64,000 nucleotides of DNA from Candidatus Aenigmatarchaeota archaeon (GCA_963726265.1 CAVSBQ010000002.1:96229-160228); one strand, 5' to 3'; counted from the first letter of the stretch, positions 1 through 10,301 are shown. Translations and numbers: made by a program. The notes: generated by a model from the sequence alone, not told the origin.

Positions 1-575
1 TGCCGCTTCTTTATGCATCTGAGAAGCGAGGGAACGTCGTGCGCGTCCATTATGTTTACACAGAGGCCGAGCGTGGCGAGCGTATGCGAATCCGAGCCCA
101 CGACCATCCCCGCATCGGTCTTCCTGAAAAGCGAGGCCGTGAACCTGTTGTTTATCATGTCGATGTTCAGGGCGTTGAAGATTTCGACGGCGTCCGCACG
201 GAAAGCGAGCCTTTTCAAGCCCTCACCTCGTATGTCGAAGGGATGCGGCGCAATCGCTATGCCGCAGGCCTCGTGGATTTTTTCAACCGTTTCTTCTACG
301 CCGAGGAAATTCGCTACGGGCTCGCTTATGCCCAGCGCTATGAGATGCCCTTCCCGCGTCTGCAATTCCACGCCGGGGATGAAAATGATGCCCTGCCTCT
401 TCGCCTCTTTGCGGGCGGCGTCCCATGCCTTTGTCGTCAGGTGGTCGGTTATCGCAACTCCGTCCAGGCCAAGCGCCTTCGCATGCCTGACTATGTCTTC
501 CGGACTTGGAATGCCCTCGAAGGGGATTTTCGACCCCCTGGAATGGCACGAATGGCAATGTAACTCGAATCTCAT
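1..575 (-). CDS. PHP-domain metallophosphoesterase (3' end runs off window)
   Basis: Not in the ORF track. Manual translation from ATG 575 gives MRFELHCHSCHS...GLDGVAITDH...FIPGVE...GHL...APHPF...AVEIFN...GSDSH, the full PHP motif set. Confidence 0.85.
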   Translation of the reverse strand, partial: MRFELHCHSCHSRGSKIPFEGIPSPEDIVRHAKALGLDGVAITDHLTTKAWDAARKEAKRQGIIFIPGVELQTREGHLIALGISEPVANFLGVEETVEKIHEACGIAIAPHPFDIRGEGLKRLAFRADAVEIFNALNIDMINNRFTASLFRKTDAGMVVGSDSHTLATLGLCVNIMDAHDVPSLLRCIKKR

Positions 576-689
576 GAGCAATCCCCTGATTCGTCTGGAT
601 TTATCCGGGTAGATGATTGGTAATGTATTTATTTATATCTAAACCATATTTTTTATAAACAGACGTAAAACAGGCATAAAGGTGGTTTT

Positions 690-1403
690 ATTATCAGAGT
701 TCCCGAGCACATAGGCATAATTCCAGACGGCAACAGGCGCCTCGCCAGGCGCCTCATGAAAACGCCGTGGAAGGGCCATGAATGGGGCGTGGAAAAGATA
801 AAGAGCGTCGTGGAGTGGAGCAGGGAGCTCGGTGTAAAGGTCATAACGTTCTACCTTCTTTCGCTCGAGAACCTGGAGAAGCGGCCGAAGCGCGAAATCG
901 GCTTCCTTTTCAGGCTCGCCGGGAAGGAAATGGACAGCATACTCAGGGACGAGAAGCACATGGTTCACAGAAACAAGGTGAAGGTCAGGTTCTTCGGCAG
1001 GCTTGAGCTGCTGCCGGCGGAGCTGCAGGCGAGGATGCAGGAAGTGATGGACAGGACGCAAAACTACTCGGACAGCTTCCTGAACCTGGCGATTGCTTAT
1101 GGCGGCCGCCAGGAGATACTCGACGCGACGAGGAAGATCGCCTCGGACGCGAAAAGCGGGGCCATCGACCCGGAACGGATAAGCGAGGCGATGTGGAGAC
1201 GCTACCTCTGGACGGACGGCTTCGCGGACCCCGACCTCATAATCAGGACTGGCGGGGAGAAGCGGCTCTCGAACTTCATGCCCTTCCAGACTACGTATTC
1301 GGAACTCTTTTTCATGGACAAGTTCTGGCCAGAGATGAGCAAGAAGGACTTCACGGCAGCAGTGAAGGAATTCGGCGACAGGCAGAGAAGATTCGGGAAG
1401 TAA
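690..1403 (+). CDS. uppS: cis-prenyltransferase (polyprenyl diphosphate synthase), copy 1
   Basis: Motifs HIGIIPDGNRR (708-740, upstream of the track ATG 756), LSLENL, AIAYGGRQE, PDLIIRTGGEKRLSNF and C-terminal RRFGK. The start must be ATT 690 or ATC 693 because of an in-frame TAA at 666. Confidence 0.9.
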   Translation: MIRVPEHIGIIPDGNRRLARRLMKTPWKGHEWGVEKIKSVVEWSRELGVKVITFYLLSLENLEKRPKREIGFLFRLAGKEMDSILRDEKHMVHRNKVKVRFFGRLELLPAELQARMQEVMDRTQNYSDSFLNLAIAYGGRQEILDATRKIASDAKSGAIDPERISEAMWRRYLWTDGFADPDLIIRTGGEKRLSNFMPFQTTYSELFFMDKFWPEMSKKDFTAAVKEFGDRQRRFGK

Positions 1404-1446
1404 CCGCTGGTTTTCTGTTTTTAAAACAGCCTGACAAAAAAGCATC

Positions 1447-2154
1447 ATGACGGCGGGTCTCCACATAGGCATAATCCCTGACGGCAGCAGGCGCTGGGGC
1501 AGGAAAAACGGCAAAGCACCTTCATGGAACGGGGCGGAGGCAGGGGAGACGGTGGAGGAAATCCTCAAGCACATTCTTGGAAATTACCCTGAAATAACCG
1601 AGATCACCATATGGGCCATGTCCACCGAGAACTTCAGGAGAAACAGCAAGGACAAGCAAAGGGTTTTCAGCCTCATAGAGAGCATGGGGAAAAGCCTGAT
1701 GAAAAGGGAAAACGTAATCCATGAGAACAAGATAAGGGTAAACGTTTTCGGGACCAAATTCGACGAGGTTCCCGGGTCGCTCAGGAAACTCATAAAGCGG
1801 ACGACGGACGAGACCAGGAACTACGGCGACAGGAAGCTCAACATCGGCCTCGGCTACGGCGGCAAGTTCGAGATAGTCATGGCCGCCATGAACCTCGCGA
1901 AAAAGATAGAGAACAAATCCATGTTCAAGACCGACATACCGGAAAAGGTCTTCGAAAAGTTCCTGATGGTGCCGAGGCCGCTGGACCTGATTATCAGGAC
2001 TGGCGGAGAGAAGCGGCTGTCGGGTTTCATGCTTTACCAGGCCGAATACGCCGAGCTGTTTTTCAGCGATACGCTCTGGCCCGACTTCTCAACAAAGGAG
2101 TTCGACAGGATAATGGGCGAGTTCAGGAAAAGGGAGAGAAGGTTCGGCAAGTGA
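1447..2154 (+). CDS. uppS: cis-prenyltransferase, copy 2
   Basis: HIGIIPDGSRRW, AMSTENF, GLGYGGKFE, LDLIIRTGGEKRLSGF, RRFGK. Confidence 0.9.
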   Translation: MTAGLHIGIIPDGSRRWGRKNGKAPSWNGAEAGETVEEILKHILGNYPEITEITIWAMSTENFRRNSKDKQRVFSLIESMGKSLMKRENVIHENKIRVNVFGTKFDEVPGSLRKLIKRTTDETRNYGDRKLNIGLGYGGKFEIVMAAMNLAKKIENKSMFKTDIPEKVFEKFLMVPRPLDLIIRTGGEKRLSGFMLYQAEYAELFFSDTLWPDFSTKEFDRIMGEFRKRERRFGK

Positions 2155-2220
2155 TGCGTAATTCATGTAAGCAATTTATTCTTGCACACCCCATAGTTAT
2201 AATTACGGAATGGCTGCAGC

Positions 2221-2835
2221 ATGGCATACAACTTCACCTTTGACCTTTCGAAATTTTCCCAGTCCTTCTTCCAGGACATAGCAAAATTCTCGGAAAGGAA
2301 GAAACTGCACAAGAGGGTTGGCAGCAGCGCCAGGTATCTTGTCGAGAAGTTCGGAGTCCGCAAAATCACGGGCCTTCCCGTCTCCGACGCGCTGATGATA
2401 ATAGAAGACCTCATGGACAGCTACATAAAGAACCTCTCAAACAGGGAGCGCTTCCTCAAAACCGACAGGCGCGCGCTCATGCTGCCGCACTGCTCGCGCA
2501 AGTTCATGGACAGCCGGTGCAAAGCCAGCTTCAATACGGAGATGTCCTTCTATGAATGCAGGCGGTGTTCGCCGGACTGCGGCGTTAACAAGGCGTCTGC
2601 GCTCGCGAAGAAGAAGGGCTACGACGTCTACATCCTTCCGGGCGGCTCCTGCGTCAAGAAGATAATCGCCGCCAAGAAATACGAAGGCGTGGTCGGCGTC
2701 GCCTGCTGCGAAGAGATAAAGCTGGCGAACTCGCTACTAGATGCCCATAAAATCCCTTCTCAATCCGTACCGCTTATCAAGAACGGCTGCTCGGGAACCA
2801 AGTTCAGGATGGAAACGCTTGAAGCGGTTATGTAA
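2221..2835 (+). CDS. DUF116-family Cys-rich protein
   Basis: Pattern LPHC...C...CRRCSPDC...PGGS...VGVAC...PL..NGC. Confidence 0.75.
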   Translation: MAYNFTFDLSKFSQSFFQDIAKFSERKKLHKRVGSSARYLVEKFGVRKITGLPVSDALMIIEDLMDSYIKNLSNRERFLKTDRRALMLPHCSRKFMDSRCKASFNTEMSFYECRRCSPDCGVNKASALAKKKGYDVYILPGGSCVKKIIAAKKYEGVVGVACCEEIKLANSLLDAHKIPSQSVPLIKNGCSGTKFRMETLEAVM

Positions 2836-2894
2836 TTGAGCGAAATCCTTTATTAACACGAAAGAAATTTAAAACTTCCTTTTAACTAAATATC

Positions 2895-3320
2895 ATGCAA
2901 AAATATGCAAGAACAGGGCAAACAAAACCTCCATATGCTGGATGCATCGACCATGTAGCAATTGCTTTACCAGAAGGTTTACCCACCACGGACACTTATG
3001 CTTTACTTGGTCAAATTTTGGAAGCGCACAAACAAAAACCATTGACTATAATGCTAGACAAAGCGACAGTAAACCTTTTTTATACACAAGGGGCAATGCC
3101 AGAAGAGAGCAGAGAATTTTTTGAAACCCTAAAAGGCGAAGGATTAGACATCCAGTTTAAGTCAACTGTGGGATTGTTTGGCGAGCATGAAAAAAAGTCT
3201 TTGAGGAAAAATTATTTAGACACTTTAGATTTTAGACACATGAATAACAGAAGAACGACGACAATCTGGATGCCCGGCGATGTAATTCTTACTAAAAAGA
3301 AAAAGACCACCAAAAACTGA
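2895..3320 (+). CDS. hypothetical protein (AT-rich ORFan)
   Basis: 141-aa ORF filling a gap; TATA-like AATTTAAAA about 25 nt upstream; composition differs from neighbours. Confidence 0.6.
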   Translation: MQKYARTGQTKPPYAGCIDHVAIALPEGLPTTDTYALLGQILEAHKQKPLTIMLDKATVNLFYTQGAMPEESREFFETLKGEGLDIQFKSTVGLFGEHEKKSLRKNYLDTLDFRHMNNRRTTTIWMPGDVILTKKKKTTKN

Positions 3321-3394
3321 AGCTCCAAATGGGGGTTTTGATTCCGCCAAAAACTAATTATAAAAGATTAAAAGAAGTTTTGCGATATTAAAGC

Positions 3395-3634
3395 ATGGAG
3401 CAGCTAGTGACCATAGGCATGGTCGTCATTTTTATCGGCGTCGCCATTGTCATAATCGGTTCGCTGCTTGGCGCGGGCGGCGATGGCAAGGGAGGCGCGA
3501 AAATCGCGGTCGGCGGCTTCATCGGGCCAATCCCCTTCGGCTTCGCGAATGACAGGCCGCTGCTCTACGTGGTCATGGCCGTCGCGGTTGCCATGTTCAT
3601 TCTTTCGATCCTGCTCAGCCAGAAGATGATTTAG
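3395..3634 (+). CDS. DUF131/TIGR00304-type small membrane protein
   Basis: Two hydrophobic helices around a GGFIGPIPFGF motif. Confidence 0.75.
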   Translation: MEQLVTIGMVVIFIGVAIVIIGSLLGAGGDGKGGAKIAVGGFIGPIPFGFANDRPLLYVVMAVAVAMFILSILLSQKMI

Positions 3635-3715
3635 CGCGCCTAGGCTCTTATTTTTATATCTTGGCTACAAAAAATAAACAATCCATTGGGGGATAAAGGA
3701 CTTGAGGGTTTTGGC

Positions 3716-4435
3716 ATGATGGCAAGGCAGACCGCAAAAAAAGCGAGAATCTGGGACGTCGTGAACGGCACTTTTATCAAGAAGGAAGGCTTCGAGCCGA
3801 GCGTCGTCAGGACAGGCCTTGGCGAGGAGATATCCAGGGTCCGCTTCCTGGGCACGGTCGTCTCCAAGTTCGTCGCGGAGGACAGCAAGTTCGCGAGCGT
3901 GACCATCGACGACGGCTCCGACACCATCCGCCTCAAGACGTTCAAAACGGCGAAGCCGCTCGATGCCCTGAACGTTGGCGATATTGTCGACGTCATCGGC
4001 AAGCTGAGGGAATACGAAGGCGAGAAATACATGATACCGGAAATCGCCAGGAAGATCGCCGACCCCAACTACGAGCTCATGAGGCGGCTAGAGCTGGTCT
4101 ACAAGGAAACGGGCATGAAGAAAACGAAGGAGCTTGCGGATAAAAACAAAAACATGGAGCCCGAACAGCTCAGGAAGGAAATGCTCGAAAAGCACGGCCT
4201 AGAAACTCAATGGATAGACATGTTCGTAGGCGGGAAAGGCAAGGAAGGAAAGGACAAGGGAACGCTGAAGAAGCAGCTCCTGCAGGCCATCGAGGCCTCG
4301 AAGGACGGCATAGTCTATTCGGAGCTTGTCAAGAAGGTCAAGGCGAAGGGCGCGGACATCGAGACTGCGGTGGACGAGCTTCTCAACGACGGCATATGCT
4401 ACGAGCCCAGCCCCGGCAGAATAAGGAAGATTTAG
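3716..4435 (+). CDS. RPA2/RPA32-like ssDNA-binding protein (OB fold plus C-terminal winged helix)
   Basis: SRVRFLGTVV, TIDDGSDTI, VDVIGKLREY and C-terminal ELLNDGICYEPSPG. Confidence 0.8.
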   Translation: MMARQTAKKARIWDVVNGTFIKKEGFEPSVVRTGLGEEISRVRFLGTVVSKFVAEDSKFASVTIDDGSDTIRLKTFKTAKPLDALNVGDIVDVIGKLREYEGEKYMIPEIARKIADPNYELMRRLELVYKETGMKKTKELADKNKNMEPEQLRKEMLEKHGLETQWIDMFVGGKGKEGKDKGTLKKQLLQAIEASKDGIVYSELVKKVKAKGADIETAVDELLNDGICYEPSPGRIRKI

Positions 4436-5061
4436 GCCTTTTCCGTCTGAAGTCTGTTTTTAGTTCTGGTTGAATCGATGGCTATGTGTATTCTCTGCAA
4501 TGCGGTTACGTTCGTGAGTATCGCCAGCATCACGATTATGTAGGTCAGGTAGGATAGCCTGAAAGCCGCGAGCAGGATGCCCGCGAACAGGATTATCAGG
4601 CGCTCGCCCCGCTCGAGCAGGCCGCCCGTTATTTCCTTGTCGCTCAGCTCCTTCTCCTTCGCAGCCGCTTTCGCATAAGTCGTCATGAACGAGCCGCAGA
4701 AGAAAACGAATATCCACACGTAGGCGGGCACGTAGAAGTCTGGCAGGTTTATGAACAGGAGGCCGAGCAGTATGATGGCCTCAACATACCTGTCCATTAT
4801 CGTGTCCAGATACGCTCCGAGTTTCGTGACCTTGCCCATCACCCTGGCGACAGAGCCGTCCACGAAATCGAGAAACGCCGACAACAGCAGGAACGCGGCT
4901 GCTATCAGGAACTGCCTGTCCAGGATGAAATAAAGCGATACCAGGGTCGGCAATATGACCAGAAGCGTCCAGCTGTTGGGCGACAATCCCAGCTTCGAGA
5001 ACGCCATGCCCACCTTTATTGAAAGGCCTGAGAACACTTCGCGCTTCCTGTAAAGGACCAT
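4432..5061 (-). CDS. CDP-alcohol phosphatidyltransferase (probable archaetidylinositol-phosphate synthase)
   Basis: Signature DFVDGSVARVMGKVTKLGAYLDTIMDR; lies downstream of ino1 on the same strand. Confidence 0.9.
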   Translation of the reverse strand: MVLYRKREVFSGLSIKVGMAFSKLGLSPNSWTLLVILPTLVSLYFILDRQFLIAAAFLLLSAFLDFVDGSVARVMGKVTKLGAYLDTIMDRYVEAIILLGLLFINLPDFYVPAYVWIFVFFCGSFMTTYAKAAAKEKELSDKEITGGLLERGERLIILFAGILLAAFRLSYLTYIIVMLAILTNVTALQRIHIAIDSTRTKNRLQTEKA

Positions 5062-5122
5062 CCGGCACACAACCCCTTATTGATTAATTATTCCCCGGCT
5101 CTAGTTAATCTTTGGCTTTCGC

Positions 5123-6226
5123 TTAACGCTCTCTTTCACCTTTGATGAATTCTTCCACCATCTGCTGCGCCACCGAATCGGGGAACTGCTGCGGAGGATG
5201 CTTCATGAAATACGCCGATGACGAAAGCAGCGGGCCGCCAATCTGCCTGTCCTTCGCGACTTTGATGCATCTTATAGCGTCGATAACTATGCCGGCCGAG
5301 TTGGGCGAGTCTTCTACGGACAAGCGAAGCTCGAGTTCAATGGGCACGTCGCCGAACTTCCTGCCCTCCATGCGGATGAAGCAGACCTTGTTGTCGTTCT
5401 GCCATGGCACGTAGTCGCTCGGCCCTATGTGTATGTTTTCGTCCTTCATCCTCACGGGCAGCTGCGACTGGACGGCTTCCGTCTTGGAAATCTTCTTCGA
5501 CTTGAGCCTGGAGCGCTCCAGCATGTTGAGGAAGTCGGTATTCCCGCCCGTGTTGAGCTGGTATGTGCGGTCGAGCTTGACGCCGCGGTCGGAGAACAGT
5601 TTTGCCAGGACCCTGTGCGTGATTGTGGCGCCGACCTGCGACTTGATGTCGTCGCCGATTACCGGAAGGTGCGCGCTCTCGAACTTCCTGGCCCACTCGT
5701 GATTGGATGCGATGAAAACGGGCATGCAGTTGACGAAGCCGCAATCCGCTTTCAGCGCGGCTTCCGCGTAGTATTTTGTCGCCTCTTCCGAGCCGACGGG
5801 CATGTAATTCACCAGGACGTCGGCCTTCGTCTCCTTCAGGACTTTTGTCACGTCAATCGGTTTATCATCCGAGACGATGAACGTCCTGTCCTCAGGGTAG
5901 TCTTTCATGTGGCTCGCGATGCCGTCGAGAGCCGGGCCGCGCATGACCGTCACGCCAATCCTGGGCACGTCTCTGCAGAAGACCTTGGTGCAGTTGGGCT
6001 TCGCGAATATCGCCTCGCCCAGGTCTTTGCCAACCTTGCGCTTGTCGACGTCGAATGCCGCTACGGGCCTTATGCTCGTTATGCCATACCCTCCCAGCAC
6101 GTTGTGCATGAGCCCTGGGACCAGTTCGTCGTTCGAATTGACATGCTTGTAGTAATACAACCCCTGTATCAGGGATGAGGCGCAGTTACCCACGCCGGCG
6201 ATTGCCAACCTTACTTCCTTGACCAT
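5123..6226 (-). CDS. ino1: myo-inositol-1-phosphate synthase
   Basis: [44 protein letters not shown]. Confidence 0.95.
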   Translation of the reverse strand: MVKEVRLAIAGVGNCASSLIQGLYYYKHVNSNDELVPGLMHNVLGGYGITSIRPVAAFDVDKRKVGKDLGEAIFAKPNCTKVFCRDVPRIGVTVMRGPALDGIASHMKDYPEDRTFIVSDDKPIDVTKVLKETKADVLVNYMPVGSEEATKYYAEAALKADCGFVNCMPVFIASNHEWARKFESAHLPVIGDDIKSQVGATITHRVLAKLFSDRGVKLDRTYQLNTGGNTDFLNMLERSRLKSKKISKTEAVQSQLPVRMKDENIHIGPSDYVPWQNDNKVCFIRMEGRKFGDVPIELELRLSVEDSPNSAGIVIDAIRCIKVAKDRQIGGPLLSSSAYFMKHPPQQFPDSVAQQMVEEFIKGERER

Positions 6227-6331
6227 CAAACCACCACCTGAATTATAATTCCTTGAGAACAGTATTTTACACTGATAAAATATTGTGCCCGCGCATATAA
6301 ATGTTTTATATTCATAAAATAACTAGATAAC

Positions 6332-6631
6332 ATGCCTTTCAGTAAGCTCGCGCTCAACAACACGTCCGATTGCCTGTGGCCCTACATACTCAGGATACTC
6401 AGGGACGAGCCCATGCACGCCTACGTGCTGCGCGGGGAGGTCGAACGCCGCTTCGGCTTCCTGCCGGGCAACGTGACCGCCTACCGCGTCCTCTATGCGC
6501 TGAAGAAGAAAGGCTACGTGGATAAGACGAAGGACGGCATGAAGCAGGTTTACAGCATAACGCCGAAGGGCAAGAAACTGCTCAGGGAGGCCGTCAGGTT
6601 TTACCGCGAGCGCACGAGAATGCTGAAGTGA
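6332..6631 (+). CDS. PadR-family transcriptional regulator
   Basis: [13 protein letters not shown]...[13 protein letters not shown]...YSITPKGK. Confidence 0.85.
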   Translation: MPFSKLALNNTSDCLWPYILRILRDEPMHAYVLRGEVERRFGFLPGNVTAYRVLYALKKKGYVDKTKDGMKQVYSITPKGKKLLREAVRFYRERTRMLK

Positions 6632-6687
6632 AACGCTGGAAATTATTTAAATTTGGCCTACAAGTAGATTTGTATGAGGTGTCGCTG

Positions 6688-7569
6688 ATGGAGAAGGGGA
6701 CTCTGAGACTTAAGGTCGGCCTGGCAGAGATGCTCAAGGGCGGCGTCATAATGGACGTCGTGAGCGTCGAGCAGGCCAGAATCGCCGAGAAGGCTGGCGC
6801 TGTTTCAGTCATGGTTCTCGAGCGCGTCCCGGCGGATATCCGCAAGGCCGGCGGGGTCGCGCGCATGGCCGACCCCAAGAGGATAAAGGAAATCATGGCT
6901 GTCGTCTCGATACCCGTGATGGCGAAATGCCGAATAGGGCATTTCGCGGAGGCGCAGATTCTTGAGGTCTTGGGAGTCGATTATATTGACGAGAGCGAGG
7001 TGCTGACGCCGGCCGACGGCGAAGCGCACATCGACAAGTTCAAATTCAAGACGCCGTTCGTGTGCGGCTGCCGCAACCTCGGCGAGGCGCTGCGCAGGGT
7101 CGCGGAAGGCGCCGCGCTGATCCGCACGAAAGGCGAACCGGGCACGGGCAATATAATCGAAGCCGTGCGCCACATGAAGCTCGTGAATTTCGAAATAAAG
7201 AGACTCAGCACGCTCAACATGGCACACCTTCGCGACGAGGCCGCGGGCATGCACGTGCCTTTCGACCTGGTCAGGATGGTCGCGGAAAGGAAGAAGCTGC
7301 CCGTGCCGAACTTCGCGGCAGGCGGGATAGCGACTCCAGCGGATGCGTCGCTCATGATGCAGCTTGGGGCAGAATCCGTCTTCGTAGGATCAGGCATATT
7401 CAAATCCTCCGATCCTTTGAGGCGGGCGAAGGCAATAGTCGATTCGGTGACGTATTTTGACAAGCCCGAGCGCATCGCGAAGGCCTCGACTGGCCTGGGA
7501 GAGGCGATGCAGGGCATAGACATCTCCACAATGAAGCAGAGCGACTTCATGCAGAGCAGAAGTGAATGA
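6688..7569 (+). CDS. pdxS: pyridoxal 5'-phosphate synthase lyase subunit
   Basis: [40 protein letters not shown]; SD GAGGTG before ATG 6688. Confidence 0.97.
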   Translation: MEKGTLRLKVGLAEMLKGGVIMDVVSVEQARIAEKAGAVSVMVLERVPADIRKAGGVARMADPKRIKEIMAVVSIPVMAKCRIGHFAEAQILEVLGVDYIDESEVLTPADGEAHIDKFKFKTPFVCGCRNLGEALRRVAEGAALIRTKGEPGTGNIIEAVRHMKLVNFEIKRLSTLNMAHLRDEAAGMHVPFDLVRMVAERKKLPVPNFAAGGIATPADASLMMQLGAESVFVGSGIFKSSDPLRRAKAIVDSVTYFDKPERIAKASTGLGEAMQGIDISTMKQSDFMQSRSE

Positions 7570-7607
7570 GCAAAGCGGCATTTTCACAGAGGCGTAAGGT
7601 GCTGGTT

Positions 7608-8183
7608 ATGATTATCGGGGTTCTGGGCCTTCAGGGCGATTTCGACGCGCATAAAAAAGCGATAGAAAAGCTCGGGGCGAAATGCAGGGTCGTGCGCCAT
7701 CCGGAAGATTTCGAAAGGCTCGACGGCCTGATAATCCCGGGCGGCGAGAGCACGACGATAACGAAGCTTATTTTCCGCCACAAGCTGGTGGAGCCGATTT
7801 CCAAATTCTACATGAGCGGCAAGCCGATCTTCGGGACGTGTGCGGGCATGATAATCCTCGCGAGCAAAATAGAAAACCACCCGAAGCAGTTCAGGTTCGG
7901 CTTCATCGACATCGCGGTCGCTCGCAATGCGTATGGCCGCCAGATAGACAGCTTCGAGGAGGACGTGGCAATACCGAAGCTCGGGAAGAAGCCGTTCAAG
8001 GCGGTTTTCATCCGCGCGCCCATGATAGCGAAGATGGGCAAGAACGTCCAGTCGCTTGCAAAGCACAGGAAAGAGCACGTGCTGGCGAGGCAGGGCAAAA
8101 TCCTCGTATGCTCCTTCCACCCGGAGCTGACGGATGATACGAGAATCCACAAGTATTTCCTGGGGATGGCGCGGAAAGCTTAA
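7608..8183 (+). CDS. pdxT: PLP synthase glutaminase subunit
   Basis: GVLGLQG, PGGESTT, GTCAG, RNAYGRQIDSF, FHPEL; alternative start at 7566. Confidence 0.97.
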   Translation: MIIGVLGLQGDFDAHKKAIEKLGAKCRVVRHPEDFERLDGLIIPGGESTTITKLIFRHKLVEPISKFYMSGKPIFGTCAGMIILASKIENHPKQFRFGFIDIAVARNAYGRQIDSFEEDVAIPKLGKKPFKAVFIRAPMIAKMGKNVQSLAKHRKEHVLARQGKILVCSFHPELTDDTRIHKYFLGMARKA

Positions 8184-8214
8184 AGCATTTTCGCAAGCAT
8201 TACTTCGCTAAATA

Positions 8215-8457
8215 CTATTCATTGTGTTCCCAAAGTGCCAATTCTACTCCAGGTTTAAGCAGAGTAATTTTTGCCTTCTCAAGCACGGTTCCTCTATCAT
8301 AAAATTGAGTTATTGCGCATCTAACTTCGTTTTCGGTGATGCCATCTTTTAATACCTTTTCTGTTCCCTGATAAGCCCCGTAATTTGTCGCAATAAACGC
8401 TAAAGAAGTTAAGAATATAGGTATGCCTAATTTTTTAATACTTTTGGATATGTACAT
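8215..8457 (-). CDS. hypothetical protein with N-terminal hydrophobic segment (AT-rich)
   Basis: ATG 8457 preceded by GGTGA SD; 80 aa. Confidence 0.5.
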   Translation of the reverse strand: MYISKSIKKLGIPIFLTSLAFIATNYGAYQGTEKVLKDGITENEVRCAITQFYDRGTVLEKAKITLLKPGVELALWEHNE

Positions 8458-8546
8458 CAATTCACCTGTAATTAACTTGAAAGTTAATTTTATAAGTATT
8501 GGGTAATGCACTTGCATCTAGTCTGATAATTGGAAAATTGGAATAC

Positions 8547-9131
8547 TCAAAGCCTGACGTTTTTTCTGGCTTTCCTTATGTAGAGCAGCGAAACCGCCAT
8601 CAGGATCGCGCATGCCGCGAAGCCTACGATGTGCAGATATGGAAGCGCAAAAAGCTGGGAAAGCTGAGGCAGCGCCAGCGGAGAAGCGGCCTCTGCCGCC
8701 TTGGCAGCAGCGTCTGCGGCGAGGATGCCCTCTTCCATTGCAGGCGCGGCCATGCTCCTGGCCGATGCGCCATAAGCGCCCATGTTCAAAAAGAAGTTTT
8801 TAGCGAGGTCTAGGCCGATCGCTATGAACGCGAGCGCGGAAACCCCCAATAGAATCCACACCCTCTTGTCTTCCGGGTGCAGGATGCCCCTTCCCTTCCT
8901 CGTCAGCTCGTAATACTTCCACTTGTGACCCTCGTCCATCTGGACTATGAGGCCGACAGCGACGAGGTTTTCAAGGTGCTCCTTTATGGTCGAGACGGAC
9001 ATGTTGAACTGTTTGGCCAGCTCGCTGAGTGTCTTTCTCCGGCGGTCGAGAGACTTGATGATGTCGACACGGGTTCCGGAAGCGAGAGTCCTGAAGACCT
9101 CGCGGTCGAGCGTGATTTTTTCGTCAGGCAT
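8547..9131 (-). CDS. ArsR-like wHTH regulator with C-terminal transmembrane helices
   Basis: FRTLASGTRVDIIKSL...TLSELA...HLENLVAVGLI...WKYYELT followed by two hydrophobic helices. Confidence 0.85.
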   Translation of the reverse strand: MPDEKITLDREVFRTLASGTRVDIIKSLDRRRKTLSELAKQFNMSVSTIKEHLENLVAVGLIVQMDEGHKWKYYELTRKGRGILHPEDKRVWILLGVSALAFIAIGLDLAKNFFLNMGAYGASARSMAAPAMEEGILAADAAAKAAEAASPLALPQLSQLFALPYLHIVGFAACAILMAVSLLYIRKARKNVRL

Positions 9132-9223
9132 GAATAATCTTTGGCCGCAGTGTTTTAAAATGCTTCCCTTTCTTTCGGCCCGGACCGAAAAAATTAATAA
9201 GGCCGGAGGATAAAACTAGTCTT

Positions 9224-9724
9224 ATGAGCATGAAAATAAGCAGGATCAGCAAGAAAATTGACGCCAAGAAGCTTGTCATCTCTCTTGTGATATGCCAGTT
9301 CGCAGGCGTGCTGGGCTCGCTGTTCACCATGCCGAAAATCCCTACATGGTACGTGACGCTGGTGAAGCCGGCGTTCGCGCCGCCGAACTGGGTCTTCGCT
9401 CCCGTTTGGACCACGCTTTACGTCTTCATGGGCATCGCGCTCTACCTGATATGGAAGAAGGGCCTGAAAAGCCACAACGAGATGATGGCAATATACGTCT
9501 TCACGCTGCAGCTCGCGCTCAACATCCTATGGTCTTTCCTTTTCTTCGGCCTGCAGTCGCCGTTCTACGGCTTCGTCGGCATTGTAATCCTCTGGCTTGC
9601 GATAGCGGCGACCATATGGCATTTCCACGACCTGGACGCAAGGGCCGCTTACCTTCTTGCCCCGTATATAATCTGGGTCAGCATTGCGGCAATCCTTAAT
9701 TACGCCATCTGGATGCTCAACTAG
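9224..9724 (+). CDS. tspO: TspO/MBR tryptophan-rich sensory protein
   Basis: WYVTLVKPAFAPPNWVFAPVWTTLY, QLALNILWSFLFFG, LLAPYIIW. Confidence 0.95.
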   Translation: MSMKISRISKKIDAKKLVISLVICQFAGVLGSLFTMPKIPTWYVTLVKPAFAPPNWVFAPVWTTLYVFMGIALYLIWKKGLKSHNEMMAIYVFTLQLALNILWSFLFFGLQSPFYGFVGIVILWLAIAATIWHFHDLDARAAYLLAPYIIWVSIAAILNYAIWMLN

Positions 9725-9767
9725 AATGTCAGATTGCATTTTTTAAGCCAAAAACCATCAGGTAATC

Positions 9768-10301
9768 ATGAAGCGCGCCAGGACCGCTTCCAAAAAGAGA
9801 CCGCCCAGACGCAAGCTTCCGGAGGCAGACGAAACGCTCGCCAGGGCAAAGGGCATCGAATGCAGGAAGCATGCGAAAATGTCCAGGCAGGAGCGTCTGC
9901 TTCTCGCTTCCATAGCGCTGCTTGTTATCATTCTCATGGCGCTTTCCATGTATGCCGACAGGATCGCTTTGCAGGTCAGCATCGCCAGCCAGGCATCCGA
10001 GTGTTTCTCGGTCCAGCATATCGGCTCATCGGCTGAATGGAGCGGCGGCAGCATAGCCATGGTGACAGGCTTCGAAACAATAGACCCATGTTATGCGATT
10101 ACTTCTATCGATGCGGAACAGAAGGGAGACATCATAAGCGTGGACATAAGAACGGAGTCCGGCGGGCTCTGCGTCCAGTGCTTCGGCTACAGGCGTGTCG
10201 AATACGAGCTGGCCTCGCCGAGAATGTCAGGAAACCTTAGAATCGACGTTTACGTTGACGGTGTGCAGAGCCACCAGATGGCTTTACCTCTTCCTGCGTG
10301 A
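9768..10301 (+). CDS. hypothetical membrane-anchored protein
   Basis: Basic N-terminus, one TM helix and a Cys-containing beta-rich domain; start uncertain. Confidence 0.6.
   Translation: MKRARTASKKRPPRRKLPEADETLARAKGIECRKHAKMSRQERLLLASIALLVIILMALSMYADRIALQVSIASQASECFSVQHIGSSAEWSGGSIAMVTGFETIDPCYAITSIDAEQKGDIISVDIRTESGGLCVQCFGYRRVEYELASPRMSGNLRIDVYVDGVQSHQMALPLPA

Noticed and set aside
13-612. ORF-track entries 13..612 (+), 39..563 (+) and 283..558 (-)
   Set aside because: Shadows of the minus-strand PHP gene, which has clear motifs but is missing from the track because it runs off the window.
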